The position numbers and the translations under genes are program-made. Of a stretch of 64,000 nucleotides of DNA, positions 1 to 11,473 are shown piece by piece. The stretch is from Neoechinorhynchus agilis (Eukaryota > Animalia > Acanthocephala): contig CM121341.1 in NCBI GenBank assembly GCA_051530055.1, positions 17,400,784 to 17,464,783 on the forward strand, read 5' to 3'. Under the pieces are notes generated by a model, which searched no databases, was not told the DNA's origin, and worked only from the letters and a program-made list of their open reading frames with translations. The stretch's first letter is position 1. Every line of letters begins with the position of its first letter.

Positions 1-285
1 TGTAAGTTTTTAATATGTAAGCTTACATATTTCGCGAAGGCCGAAAATTATCAAATAAATAAATCAATTATTATAATTCGCTATAAAAAAATTAAATATC
101 ACCGTTAGAAATGTAGCTAACTAAATACCATCTAAAATTAATAAACTTTAAAATGTCTTCTAAAGTATGCGCATTTTGCAAACATCCATGGAACCTACAA
201 ATGCTCCCCAGAAAGATCTTTTGACATAAACTTTATATTGTACGTAAAATTGACTCACGAAAAACTCACGAACAAACTCGAGACA

Positions 286-2274
286 GTGGAGTCGTATTAT
301 TTCAGGAGGACGATATTTGTCTTGGTCTTTGGACTTTATCTTCTTGTTAAATGTAAATTCTCTAGGGATGCATCTGAAGAAAATACCTTAAAACCCAAAT
401 CTACCCGGAATAGACGATGTATTGTTTCTAATATCACTGGAAATTATGCATCCCGCATAAATTGCAGACCTTATGGGCGTGGCCAATCGTTGCCAAATGT
501 TCTTCGAATAGTTGGAAAAGAAGGTACAATTAATCGAGTATTCATCGAGAAAGTATCGATAGATGAATTCCCCAATGATCTTGAATTTATTCTGCCAAAC
601 GTTGAGGACATGTCAATATTTTGTAGAAAATCAACGGACAAAGTGTTTAAAATCGACAAGTATATGATCCAAAATTTTAAACACCTCAAAAAACTTTTCA
701 TTCAATATGCGGATTTATACGAAATTGAAGATGATTCCTTTAAGGGATTTAACGATTTAACTCATCTTAATCTAATGCGTAACAAAATAATGGTGCTGGA
801 TTCAACGATGGGTAACCACCTTCTACAGCTTAAATTTCTTATTCTGTCCAATAATAGATTAGGCGGTGATTGTTTATCTATTATCAACCGCATTATCAAT
901 CTAAAAGTCCTTGACCTATCGAATAATCAAATGGAAGTTGTCCTAATTCCTGATGCATGCCGATTCGACAAATTAGTGGAACTTCGAATGGAAAATAATC
1001 CTTTGCGTAGAATTCAATTAGACCGATTAACGCAATTGGAGGATTTGAAAATTTTGGCATTCAGTTTTATTGGAGAATTGAATGATTTATTCCGAGGAGA
1101 AACGATTTTTTGCAGTCTAGAGGAATTTATAGTTTCTGGCGGAACAACAAAATCTTTGAACACGAGTTTTTTACGCAAAATTCCAAAACTCACTCGCTTA
1201 GAATTTAATAAAGCGTGTCTCGAGGAAGTCCCCGCTGGAAACGAACGTACAAGCAAATTGATGGAATCTATGCTTTTGTCAAGAAATCGAATCCGTAAAC
1301 TTGATGATTCTTGTTTTTCACAATGGTCAAATCTTGACCATTTGGATTTGTCACGTAATCGAATTTCTAGCATTAGCAAATATGCATTTTCGCATCTTCG
1401 GAGACTAAGAATTCTCAACCTCAGCAGTAACCAAATTTCATATCTGTTTCAAGAACTTTTGAAGAAAAATGTCCAAATAACAAAGCTTTTACTTGCCAAT
1501 AACGATTTGATAACACTACCTGAACATTTCCTGAAGACCTTGAAGAATCTTCAAATGCTCGATTTGTCTAATAATCCATTAAGTGTTATCGATACGATTA
1601 CCGTTGGAGCGAATAATGTTAGACAATGTATTGTAAAGAATACTCCAATTTCGCTTTTATTGTACGATGCCAAGCGAAATACTGATACATTTCTAGAAAT
1701 TTTCGATGTCGTAGAATTTATGCCTCAACCATCACGAGAAGCTTTTGGTGTTCAGGACATGGCTCGGCACTTAAATATCACAATAAATGTTACTGTGCTA
1801 ACATCGAAGAATCTACATCACATAAAAGACGTTCATCAACTTATCAATGGAAATGAGACGTTTTCACTCGACTTGAGCCATAATAAAATATCCGTAATCG
1901 ATAATGACGATTTTCTTTTATTAACAAATCTTCGATTCCTATGCGTTCAATTCAACAAGATTTGGAAAATTGTTCCTCGATCGTTTGAATATTGCCAGGA
2001 ATTGAAAACGCTTGATCTGGCAAATAACCATCTAAGAAATCTTGATGTACAGGACATGTTCTATGGACTAAACAATGTCATTTTCCTACATTTGGCCAAA
2101 AATGGGTTTCGGCTTTTTCCCAGAAGTCATTTATCGAATCTAAAAAGTCTAAGAAGTCTTAATATTTCTCACAATCCGATTCGAGAATTTTACAGCGGTG
2201 CATTCCGAGAGGCAGGAACAGTTACGGAAGTTGATGTGACTTTTACAGATATTAAAAGTATTTTGGATCTATAA
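286..2274 (+). CDS. Secreted leucine-rich-repeat protein (Toll/Slit-like ectodomain only), copy 1; orthologous start codon is GTG at 286
   Basis: Many LxxLxLxxNxI repeats (LKVLDLSNNQM, LDHLDLSRNRI, LQMLDLSNNPL, LKTLDLANNHL) and a hydrophobic N-terminus (IFVLVFGLYLLV). Intronless; no TM or TIR domain before the stop. Closely similar to the ORF at 17668-19650. Confidence 0.85.
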   Translation: MESYYFRRTIFVLVFGLYLLVKCKFSRDASEENTLKPKSTRNRRCIVSNITGNYASRINCRPYGRGQSLPNVLRIVGKEGTINRVFIEKVSIDEFPNDLEFILPNVEDMSIFCRKSTDKVFKIDKYMIQNFKHLKKLFIQYADLYEIEDDSFKGFNDLTHLNLMRNKIMVLDSTMGNHLLQLKFLILSNNRLGGDCLSIINRIINLKVLDLSNNQMEVVLIPDACRFDKLVELRMENNPLRRIQLDRLTQLEDLKILAFSFIGELNDLFRGETIFCSLEEFIVSGGTTKSLNTSFLRKIPKLTRLEFNKACLEEVPAGNERTSKLMESMLLSRNRIRKLDDSCFSQWSNLDHLDLSRNRISSISKYAFSHLRRLRILNLSSNQISYLFQELLKKNVQITKLLLANNDLITLPEHFLKTLKNLQMLDLSNNPLSVIDTITVGANNVRQCIVKNTPISLLLYDAKRNTDTFLEIFDVVEFMPQPSREAFGVQDMARHLNITINVTVLTSKNLHHIKDVHQLINGNETFSLDLSHNKISVIDNDDFLLLTNLRFLCVQFNKIWKIVPRSFEYCQELKTLDLANNHLRNLDVQDMFYGLNNVIFLHLAKNGFRLFPRSHLSNLKSLRSLNISHNPIREFYSGAFREAGTVTEVDVTFTDIKSILDL

Positions 2275-2743
2275 CCGAACATTAAGAATTCGCTCATTTA
2301 AAAACGAAATCGTTATTTAAAATATTAGTGTCATAAAGTGCATCATTCGGATATTGTATTTCGTATATTTAAAAATTTCCTTTAGTGGTATGTGACTTTG
2401 TGGCTTTGGTAACTAACGAATTCGTTAAGCAAAAAATTTGTTGCTTTAAAATCCTCTCAATGTAAAGTAACATAAAGAAATGCGGTTTAAGAAATTTCAC
2501 TTTATTGGCCAGTCTGGCGCCTCCAAGTTTGTCGAATATCCTCCCAAAATGGCTATGCGAAATCCTTCTGTCTCGTATTTTTCCTCCTTATTGCATTCGA
2601 TTATTTTAATCAATATTCAAACACAGCTTACGAAAGCATGTAGTGATAATGATATAAAATCAGACTGTCTCTGGCTAAAAAGATACAAAATATCGAAGTA
2701 GCAGACTGCTATTTCAGCTCAAACGAATTATACAATTATTTTT

Positions 2744-3634
2744 TCAAGATTGTAAATCTCCGTTTTCTGACTTTGGAGCACAATCACAGCACAGTTTCAT
2801 ATTTTTCATTATTCTGAATTCTGGGGATACTATACCTTCACAACATTCATCACATTCGAAGCACCTGATATGGTACCGATTATCTTTCCAAATTAAAAAG
2901 TAGTCCACTGAGTCAAGCTTCATAGAGCACCGCGTGCACTTGGGTTCGAGTTCCTGGTAGCATGCTTTACACGCGACACCGCACTTACCGATTTCACTTT
3001 TGTAAAGGTCGTTCAAATCAAGCTTCTTATTGCAATTGTCGCAAACAAAGCAGCTCAGATGGAAAATCCGATCATGGTGTTGTATTAGAAATTGAGAGTC
3101 GATCAAAACTTGCTTACAAGCATCGCAATGTTGTTCATGATTATCTCGTTGAAATAATGCTATTTCTGGATTGTGAGAACGGAAGCATAAAATACACCAT
3201 GCACTCGCGCGATCGTCCTTAACGTGATCATTAGTCCCGATCGATTGTCCGCACCGAGCACATCGAAAGCAAGCAGCGTGGAAATACTTATTATCAAACC
3301 TGATAGCGTCTTCTGTCGAATTAAAAGGAATTTTGCACCGATTGCACTTTTTTGTTTGCTTTTGGAGGCATTCTTTACAGACCATAGGAAGCGAGCTCGA
3401 ATCTTTGATTTCGCTATAGTTATGGTAGCAGTATAATTCCGTCGAGATGGACGAAGCTCCACAACACTCACAACCGAGGCATGATAAATGGTAAGCGCCA
3501 CTTGAAAGCTTTAACATCTCGGTAAGCTCAATAATTTGCTGCTTACAAATCGAACAGATCGCTACATCGGTCATCGATTTATCGGATGCAAACATTACAT
3601 CGTTAAAAGAAAGGATATGATGTAATATTTCCAT
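2744..3634 (-). CDS. LIM-only protein with four LIM domains (FHL/PINCH-like); start codon uncertain (ATG 3634, 3595 or 3574)
   Basis: Four CxxC...HxxCxxCxxC...CxxC units: CSIC..YHLSCLGCECC, CNRC..FHAACFRCARC, CDAC..FHLSCFVCDNC, CTRC..YHIRCFECDEC. Confidence 0.9.
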   Translation of the reverse strand: MEILHHILSFNDVMFASDKSMTDVAICSICKQQIIELTEMLKLSSGAYHLSCLGCECCGASSISTELYCYHNYSEIKDSSSLPMVCKECLQKQTKKCNRCKIPFNSTEDAIRFDNKYFHAACFRCARCGQSIGTNDHVKDDRASAWCILCFRSHNPEIALFQRDNHEQHCDACKQVLIDSQFLIQHHDRIFHLSCFVCDNCNKKLDLNDLYKSEIGKCGVACKACYQELEPKCTRCSMKLDSVDYFLIWKDNRYHIRCFECDECCEGIVSPEFRIMKNMKLCCDCAPKSENGDLQS

Positions 3635-4466
3635 GGAAACGTACAATAAGAAATACTGGTGCACTCGAAAATGCGTGCATCGTACAATGCAATTTGGATT
3701 GTGATTGGTTGGGGCACAACCAACCAAATTTTCATATTAAATTGTATTTTACCCTATGTGATAAAATTTCCAAAGAACAATTTCGAACGGTAAAAATGAC
3801 ACAGTTACAGCAATATTTTTTTAAGGTTAAAAATTAAAGCACGAGCAACACTGAAGATGACGGAATTAAGTACGAAATGGCCGCTTAGATCGTGCCTTTA
3901 CCGCCGCATTAAACTTCGTATTAAGCGTTTACTCGTCTTAAACTGTTTAGGACGCAAAGTATTATTGTATTTTGTTGCTTTATGCTTAAGATCCTTCCCC
4001 GAGGACTGTTTCTAGCTTCTGTTGTAAAAATGCATTGTAACTGAGCTAGAGGTTAAGAGTGTATTTTGTCACCTAATGGGTTTAATTATTTGAACCACCT
4101 TTTGCCCTCTAGCTCATTAATGCACCACGGATATGTCAAAAATGCTTTTGAGATATCTAATTTACTTAAACTGGCATTGTGTTTGCTACTTTTGGACCGC
4201 ATTCAAAGAAACCCACTATGATTTTAATTTTTTAATAGAAATCTTATAACATGACGAAAATGCTTGGTATATAAGGAAAGTATGTTTTTTAGAAAGTTTG
4301 ACAATATTTTACATCGAATCAATTACTTAAGGGTTTTATAAATCTTGAAGTCAATCGACTTTAGGTCTTAGGGTCTACAGATATTTTAATCTAAGAAATT
4401 TTTGTCACGTTTTTATGGCATTCGATCGAATTTTCTCCCTCCTTTCCTAAAACTATTTCTCTGAAG

Positions 4467-6123
4467 ATGTTGTCTTCTGATATTTGCAAAGTGCTTGAGC
4501 AATTAAGAATAATGTATCTCGCGTTCTATTCTGCAACGAGCGAGAAGCAATATTTTAAAGAATTCTCCGATCGTGATTGGGGCATTTAACGAGTCCGTGG
4601 TCAATAAGACAATAACTTTCATAAACTATCAATGCGACAAGCTCGGTTCAGAATTAGAAATACCCCTTGAACTCGCTCGTACTCGCAGTATGGTAGCTAC
4701 TCGAGCTTGCCGAGAACACGCAATTTTGCGAGCCAGAAGATGCATCCTAGCATATCTATTTAATCGTGCCATTATGATTCGAACAATGCGACATGAGCTT
4801 GGACCAATCATTCCTCAAAATGTACGCCTAAGGTTGTCCGACAGTGAACAAGCTTATTATCACAGTTATTGTACTAACATTACCAATTATATGGAGGCGT
4901 TAGATAATTGTATTTTAAGTTCTGAATGTTTTTGACCACAAAAATTGTTGGTTTTTTGAAGATTTAAGGATTTTATTTTACTTTTCGTTATATATTCTGT
5001 GACAATTACCACAAAAATCTAATGCTGAAATTTTAAGGTTACTAAAAATATGTTGCTTCTTATTAAAGATATCCTAGGTCTCAATCAAATTAATTACGCG
5101 TGTACTGAGCACATCATAGAAGGTGCAAAATATTTTATGAAAAATCATTTTCCATAATATGCACTATTATAACTTTACAATTTATTTCATTTTGGTTCAG
5201 GTAAAATCTTTAGTTATTGTTTAGGTCGCTTGTCGACACGTGAGGTTGATCGTTAAATACGAATTTGTCAATTCAATCTAAAATAACAGATGGATTCGTC
5301 ACAACACATAAGATTATTCATTTTGACTCGGGACCCGGGATCGTTAATCGACAAAACCGACGTCATCTGCACAGAGAAGAGAAAATTCCAACGATTGATA
5401 AAAGAGTCGATATATATCGAGATGGCCAACAATATGGAAGAGAACAAAGCAAAAGTTTCCCTCCAACTAACTGTTGTTGGCCTAAACACACTCAGGGAGG
5501 CTGGTCTTCGAATACGGGGTTGACGATCCCGGGTCTCGAGTCAAAATGAGCAATCTTGTGTGTTGTGACGAATCCCACGGTTATTTTAGATTGAATTGAC
5601 AATGACCGATTTAATCGGTCGAAATATATTCGTCTTTAACGATCTCCCTCGGGTGTAGACAAGCGACCTAAACAATACTATATCCCACCACCCGAATGCA
5701 ATCCTCAACCTAAATTCTTTAGGCCAAACGAAATTTGGTTGGGAATTGTAATTCTCTATTGAAACACTGTAAATTCTTATGAAACGCATTCGTATATCAC
5801 GATCTATCTTAGTTTTCTTAATTTATTACTCAGACTGGGTGCCTTTTACTGAACTCGACATACAATTCATAGATAACAATCACGGATTCGACATTTTTCA
5901 ATTTATGGATCCGCCAAAGTCGGTATACGTTGAAGTGAGGTGTGTTAAAAGCGTGGAAACTAGTAAAGAATCAGCGGATGACAACAATCAGCCGGATATG
6001 CAGCTACAAACTAGAGACGGGCATTCGTTCCTGCTGAGAGCAGATAGTCAACATTTTGTGAAGCTCGCTGATGCTGAACATCTTATTAGAATGGGGCGCT
6101 TGCAGGAAATTCCATTTATGTGA
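4467..6123 (+). CDS. GINS1: GINS complex subunit 1 (Psf1); approx. join(4467..4505,4558..4903,5873..6123), ~211 aa
   Basis: AFNE motif, RARRCILAYLFNR helix and B-domain DPPKSVYVEVRC...SQHF...EHLIRMG match Psf1. Exact splice junctions are ambiguous (see findings). Confidence 0.9.
5224..5670 (+). mobile_element. Penelope-like element remnant (GIY-YIG C-terminal fragment) between long inverted arms, inside Psf1 intron 2
   Basis: VICTEKRKFQRLIKESIYI resembles the C-terminal part of the PLE endonuclease. Arm ~5224-5345 is the reverse complement of ~5520-5670 (e.g. gtcaattcaatctaaaataac / gttattttagattgaattgac). Confidence 0.6.
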
Positions 6124-6245
6124 ATCAATGCCATTTATTCTAAAAATAAACATAACGACTTCTCTGAGGTATTTTGACTGCCACTCTTGATCTTTGGCCG
6201 TATTTCAACATCATAAAAAATTTATTTCAATCAAGCGTTAATCAC

Positions 6246-7112
6246 TCACCTGCCGTTTAAGTCATTTCGATCATTTGCTGCGGCACAATCCAAACATTTG
6301 GGATCGTCTCTTGATACGACAAAATTTTGATTGCCCAAAGATTTTCCACACTGAACACATCCAAAACATGCGAGATGGAACTCACGTCCGTTCCACTCAA
6401 TTACTTCAACGTCTCCTTCAAAAATAGCCGAGCATTTTGCACACCGGGGTGCCAATTCCTCGTAACATGCACCACACAAAACTCCGAGTTTTCCGTTTGG
6501 ATCCGAATTTGTATATAACAGCGAACTGGGTTTATTTGAACATCGATCGCATAAAAGACAGTTCGCATGGAATGTCCGATTGTTGAAGGTTGCGATTTCA
6601 TTGCCGCTTTGAAGGATTTCTTTACAGGATTCACACTGCTTTTCAAGTAAATCCATCGGTGCGATGCGTTTGTGTGGATGTTTATCCTTGAAGCATTTCT
6701 CACAAAACGGCAAATCGTGTTCGTCTTGAACAAAAACGGTGCTTCTAAACAGTGTGCCACATTCTACACATTTAAGACAATTCTCATGGTATTGTTTTTC
6801 ATTAAACACCAAAATCTCGTCAGTCGGGTCGAACTGAGCTCTACATTGAGCACATCTCGGTGTCCTAGTTTTACTACATTCAAGGCACGCTAGTGCAGGC
6901 ATCTTGCCAAAGCTGCTTTCTGAACTTTGCTTATCGATTTCTACCATTTTGATGAACTGTTTCCCTTTTAGAGACAATCCACATTCCTGGCAAGCGAAGC
7001 AAGTGGTGTGGTAAAATTGCCCTTCGAAAATCGACACTTGAGAGCCTGCTTTAAGTTCTAGATAACAAGCTTGACATTTCGTTGAACCGGACAATGAGGC
7101 CATTGGTATCAT
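6246..7112 (-). CDS. LIM-only protein with four LIM domains, paralog of the gene at 2744-3634
   Basis: CQAC..YHTTCFACQEC, CAQC..YHENCLKCVEC, CESC..FHANCLLCDRC, CAKC..FHLACFGCVQC. Same architecture and strand as the first LIM gene. Confidence 0.9.
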   Translation of the reverse strand: MIPMASLSGSTKCQACYLELKAGSQVSIFEGQFYHTTCFACQECGLSLKGKQFIKMVEIDKQSSESSFGKMPALACLECSKTRTPRCAQCRAQFDPTDEILVFNEKQYHENCLKCVECGTLFRSTVFVQDEHDLPFCEKCFKDKHPHKRIAPMDLLEKQCESCKEILQSGNEIATFNNRTFHANCLLCDRCSNKPSSLLYTNSDPNGKLGVLCGACYEELAPRCAKCSAIFEGDVEVIEWNGREFHLACFGCVQCGKSLGNQNFVVSRDDPKCLDCAAANDRNDLNGR

Positions 7113-7715
7113 CGTTGAATTCAAAGTACAGATATGTGAAGGCAGTTACCATGGAAACTGCACAAAGTGCCGATTTAACGAGTTCCTTGTTGCTTTCCTA
7201 TAGGCCAAATTAGCATCACCCTTAGGGTTCGAATGCGTTTTAGGATCTAAAAAAGAAAAAATTGGATCGAAATAATACTATTCTCAATCCAGCAAGAAGG
7301 AAGTAACGTCATAGATTCATATCGGCTCGGTATATTTACTCGTGTTTATCTCCAGTGTATCATTAAGCAAATTTCCCTTTTCTCCGTGCAACCTCGGACG
7401 CTAAGTTAGCAAAATGAGTCAATTTTCATAGTCCACCCCGGATTTAAATTCATTGATTTATTTCCGATGTTTCACATCGGATAATTTCGACATTTTCCCA
7501 AGGTTTATCATTGTTAGCAGAGGAATGTATTTTCCTCATCCGGGGAGCAAAACTATCAAAAGAAAATTAACGATCTTAAGCGATATAATTTCTTTAATTG
7601 GTTTAACAATAAGGGCGCCCTAGTAGAAAAACAAGGTTTTTATAAATCTTAAAATAATAAAGAGCGCAACTATAAAGATTGTTTGGATTATTGTCTTCGG
7701 GGGAAAGATACTTTC

Positions 7716-7912
7716 TTTTGGTAGTTTTGCCACCCATTTCCGATATTTCGTCGGATATATCCGGCATTTCCCCAAGGTTTGTCATTCCTTGTAAGTTTTC
7801 TACTATTTAAGCTCGTGTTTAAACAAACCTTGGGAAGATGTCGGAATTATTCGTCGTGAAATATCGGAAATAAATTAGCGAATTTAAATAAGGGGTGGCA
7901 AAACTACCAAAA
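7716..7912. mobile_element. Foldback/MITE family A copy (related half-copies near 7425-7515, 12010-12105, 23410-23500)
   Basis: Terminal inverted repeats ttttggtagttttgccaccc / gggtggcaaaactaccaaaa, plus internal arms tttccgatatttcgtcg / cgtgaaatatcggaaa. Same family as 44461-44692. Confidence 0.75.
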
Positions 7913-8742
7913 TAAAGCATAAAAGATTAAAATTTACAAGATTTGATGCCAACTCAACGACTCTAACTTCACATTTCAATTTGCGACGGTTATTTCGAAC
8001 TTCGTTCATCTGAAACCGATTTGATCTTCGTTGAATTCATGTAAAATTATGAAAAAGAAAGTGAAAATACCGACTTTAATCGTTTTAGTTGAAGAAAGAA
8101 GTGGCGTCATCGATTCTTACACATAGTTCTCGTAAATCGCAGATTTAAGGCATGCAAACTGTTAATATTTCTAATTGCCGTTGCCTTCCATGAATCTCCA
8201 GCCTACTACCGTCATAAATTGTGAATTTCACGAATTAAACCATTATCCAGATCAATCTATAAATCTCGGAGATCCAATTCACGAAATCCAATATCGTTAA
8301 AGGCCTCTCTGCCGTCGTCTCGATCCAAATAACGTCACATTAAGCAATAAGACTTTTGGTCAATACCCGGGTGTACGATTTATGTGACGTCACTACAATA
8401 ATTAGCGCGCTATCTGGTGCGTATATTCGCGATGAGGTCGGAGCCGCGCGGTCGCCCTTCCTTACCTCGTGGCGAATCCCGATTTCCGGTGCGGCCAAGA
8501 AGAGATTTTTCTTATTTTTTGGTTCTTATGGCTTATACGCTTAAACGAACTTTGGCGTTTTATATTTTAAAGGAAATAACGGTTTTTCTCCAACGAAGGA
8601 ATCTGAGGTGATTTAAATCGCTGAATTTATAGTGATGGAATCACGGGGTCATTTTCCTCCCCGTGGAGTTTGATTATATACAATATTTTTAAATGAAACG
8701 ATTATTTGCACAGTTCTCGAATCCCCATCAATTTTCAGACAA

Positions 8743-11473
8743 ATGTCATCACAGGAACCTTCTAGGAAAGATTCCGGTTCGCCAAAGCCCCAACGCCCAG
8801 TTGGTCGAAAGTCCAAACTGGCTAACTTGTCCGCAATGATCAGTCAATGGGATGACGACTTTCAAGATCTGGAAAGGAGTAAGCCCACGCCTGTCAGGGA
8901 GGCGGCTGAACTCGGGCGAACATTATCGGCTGCTTATGCCAAAAAGGGTTCACGTGGTGTTTATCTCAAAATGATAGGGTTCAGTGGTACGGAACGCAAC
9001 AATACCAACAGTAAAGTCAATGAAGCTCGAAAATTGTTTGATAAACCGAATCTTGGACTCCTAGGTGATATGAGTGCCAGAAAACGACCTATTACTACAG
9101 GAGTACAATTGCCGGAATGTACGATTCCGACTAAAGTTCCTTGTGTCGAAATTCGCCATTGTGAAAATGAAGCAGTTCCGAGTTTTGCCGAACTCAAGCA
9201 AATGTGGGAACGAATGGTTCAAGACTCATTGCGCGCTGATTATGGAGAAGATGATAAATTTGACGAAAACAGCGATCTCACATTTATTAAGGATGGGGAA
9301 TCCAATCACGAAGACGTAAAACTGAATTCCTTTAATTGGTTTTCTCTAAATACAAGGTATGGATTTTTTTGAATGTAAGATAATTTCATATTTGTGACAT
9401 CAATTCCTCGACTTTTTTAGTTTTCCTTCTTGGCAGTAAAAAGAACCGAGGAAGGGATGCAATAAGTCTGAATCAATATAACCGGCTTGCCAGTAAAAGC
9501 ATTTAAGTAACATAATTTAAGGAATATTCGTTCGTTGATCATTGAGAGAAGGCGAAAATCCTTCGGGATTAAGTTTTTAAGATATTTAAAATAATTCAGG
9601 TTATTGCATCTCTTCCTCGGCTTTTGGCATAAGGTCCATTCATCAGAGTCTAAGTGATTGAATCACTTAGCTGATGTAAGAGATCGGTGTGGCTTCATGC
9701 CGTGGCCTTATGCCAAAAGCCGAGGAAGGGACCAGTAACATTTAAGAATTAAAAAATAAAATAATCTTTAAAACTTACAAACAATGAATGAAGAGGCTTC
9801 CTCCACTCGAAATATTTCAAGGGGGGATTATGATCACCACATCTCCAATTCGTCTATAATTCGGTTTCAAGATATTTAATGTAGGAATTGCTTTAAAGAA
9901 AAAGCGTTTGTCGTTTCGGTATTCTCTTATTAAAAGCTTTTTGCTGTTTTATAGAAATGTGAGCATCTTTGCGCCCTTTTTGAACATTTGAAGGAATTTA
10001 TTAACTGAAGATGAACACGATGATGCTTCTGATGTCGACAAGAGTCAATGGAACCCTGACGAGATGATAGCCGAGATAACGCGTGCTTTCGAGGGAGTCT
10101 TTGACGATAACGGAGCAACGGTTGATCACTCACAATCACTCACTTCAGAGAGGAACACGCGTTCATGCTCTCCTGAGCAGGATGTTGATCCTCTTCTAGA
10201 TAACCGCCGTCGATCGAACTCAGTGGATAGCAAAAGCTTGTTATCTATTCGTGCAATTGAAGACGAAATATCTCGGTTAAAGAAACGTGCTGCTCAATCG
10301 GAGTACCCCGTTTTACAAGCAACGATGGCCGCTCGTTATCTTGCCCAGAGTGATCACTCAGTGACATTTTCTACCTGGCTAGGATGCACGTTGGCTATGC
10401 TAACCGAATGCCATAAACGCCAGGCTATTCACGAGGAAATCCACAGACTGAATTCGCGCATAGAGAAGCGTCAATTCGCAGAAGTTCCAACAGCGACAAT
10501 AACTATCGGTTCGATTTCACTGGCCTTGACTCAACAATATCTGAAAGATAATCTGGCCGGTAAAGATAAACGCCATTTTTATTTTATCGCATTTGTTCAC
10601 TGCCAAGGAATAGCGCAACAAAGCGAACTCGTATCTATTCAAGAGCTTCTTTTGTCGAAGAAATCAAATTACATTGAATCAATCATAACGTTCAATGGAG
10701 ATTTCGTTTTCAAAGATGTCGATCCTCTCTTCGATCTTCGTGTCTATATCTATGCATTGCAACGAAATGAGCAAAATCGACGAGGTCCTCATGCACTTCA
10801 AGCCATAACGCGACTTATGAAAGGCCGTGAACTTGAAGGAGTGAGTAAAGATCTTCATTTTGTCCAAGTGGATTGCCTTAAACTGAACAGTGATAATTTC
10901 TGTGATGGAGTTGCAACGATGGTAGGTGTGACAGCTTCTATGCCCATAACTGGGCATTTCTTCTACATTCCGACGTTCAAAATTAATGATGATATTCGAT
11001 GTGAAGGATACCTGAACATGCTTGAGTTTGAATCCGGTTATTGGTTTCGCGTAAGAGCGAATCTTGAAGGAAATATATTACGATTATGGGCGATTGAAGA
11101 AGGAGACGACGATTCTCAAAATCCCTTTCAAACACTTGACCTAGAACTTTGGGCTTCAGTATCAATTGTGAAGACTCCGGTGACACTTGTGCCAAAGTCC
11201 AAATGTGAACGCGATAATACGTTTGAACTTTCTCGTATTTACTTCGAATATTTGGATAAAGATGAAGCGGAACAGCTACCTCTTCAATACTGGTTCTCTG
11301 CTGATAGTGCCGACGATGCAAGAAGATGGTGTAGACGATTAAATCAAATGCTTGATTTGGTAGCGTTCTGGTCACCTTTGTATGTGAATTTTAAAACACT
11401 TCACAAGAAAGTGTTTGCCGGACCTGACAATGGTTGTATTGAAGTCGCTAATGATAAGAACGAAAAACACTGA
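8743..11473 (+). CDS. ANLN: Anillin; join(8743..9356,9994..11473), ~697 aa
   Basis: N-terminal LSAMISQWDDD; Rho-binding helices (VLQATMAARYL...KRQAIHEEIHRL); C2/anillin-homology region (ATITIGSISLAL...HFYFIAF); C-terminal PH domain (CEGYLNML..SGYWFRVRANLEGNILRLW...WFSADSADDARRWCRRL). Phase-2 GT-AG intron 9357-9993. Confidence 0.85.
9613..9728. repeat. Hairpin/MITE-like inverted repeat in the anillin intron
   Basis: cttcctcggcttttggcataagg / ccttatgccaaaagccgaggaag (23-bp arms), with an inner ctaagtgatt/aatcacttag stem. Confidence 0.75.

Noticed and set aside
1014-1418. Antisense ORFs over real genes (also 18524-19531, 10679-11375, 39568-40038, 55325-55672 and others)
   Set aside because: Shadow frames of conserved sense-strand CDSs with no motifs of their own.
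8385-8392. TGACGTCA (CRE/ATF site) in the GC-rich region upstream of anillin
   Set aside because: A single 8-mer without conservation data is not enough to call a regulatory site.
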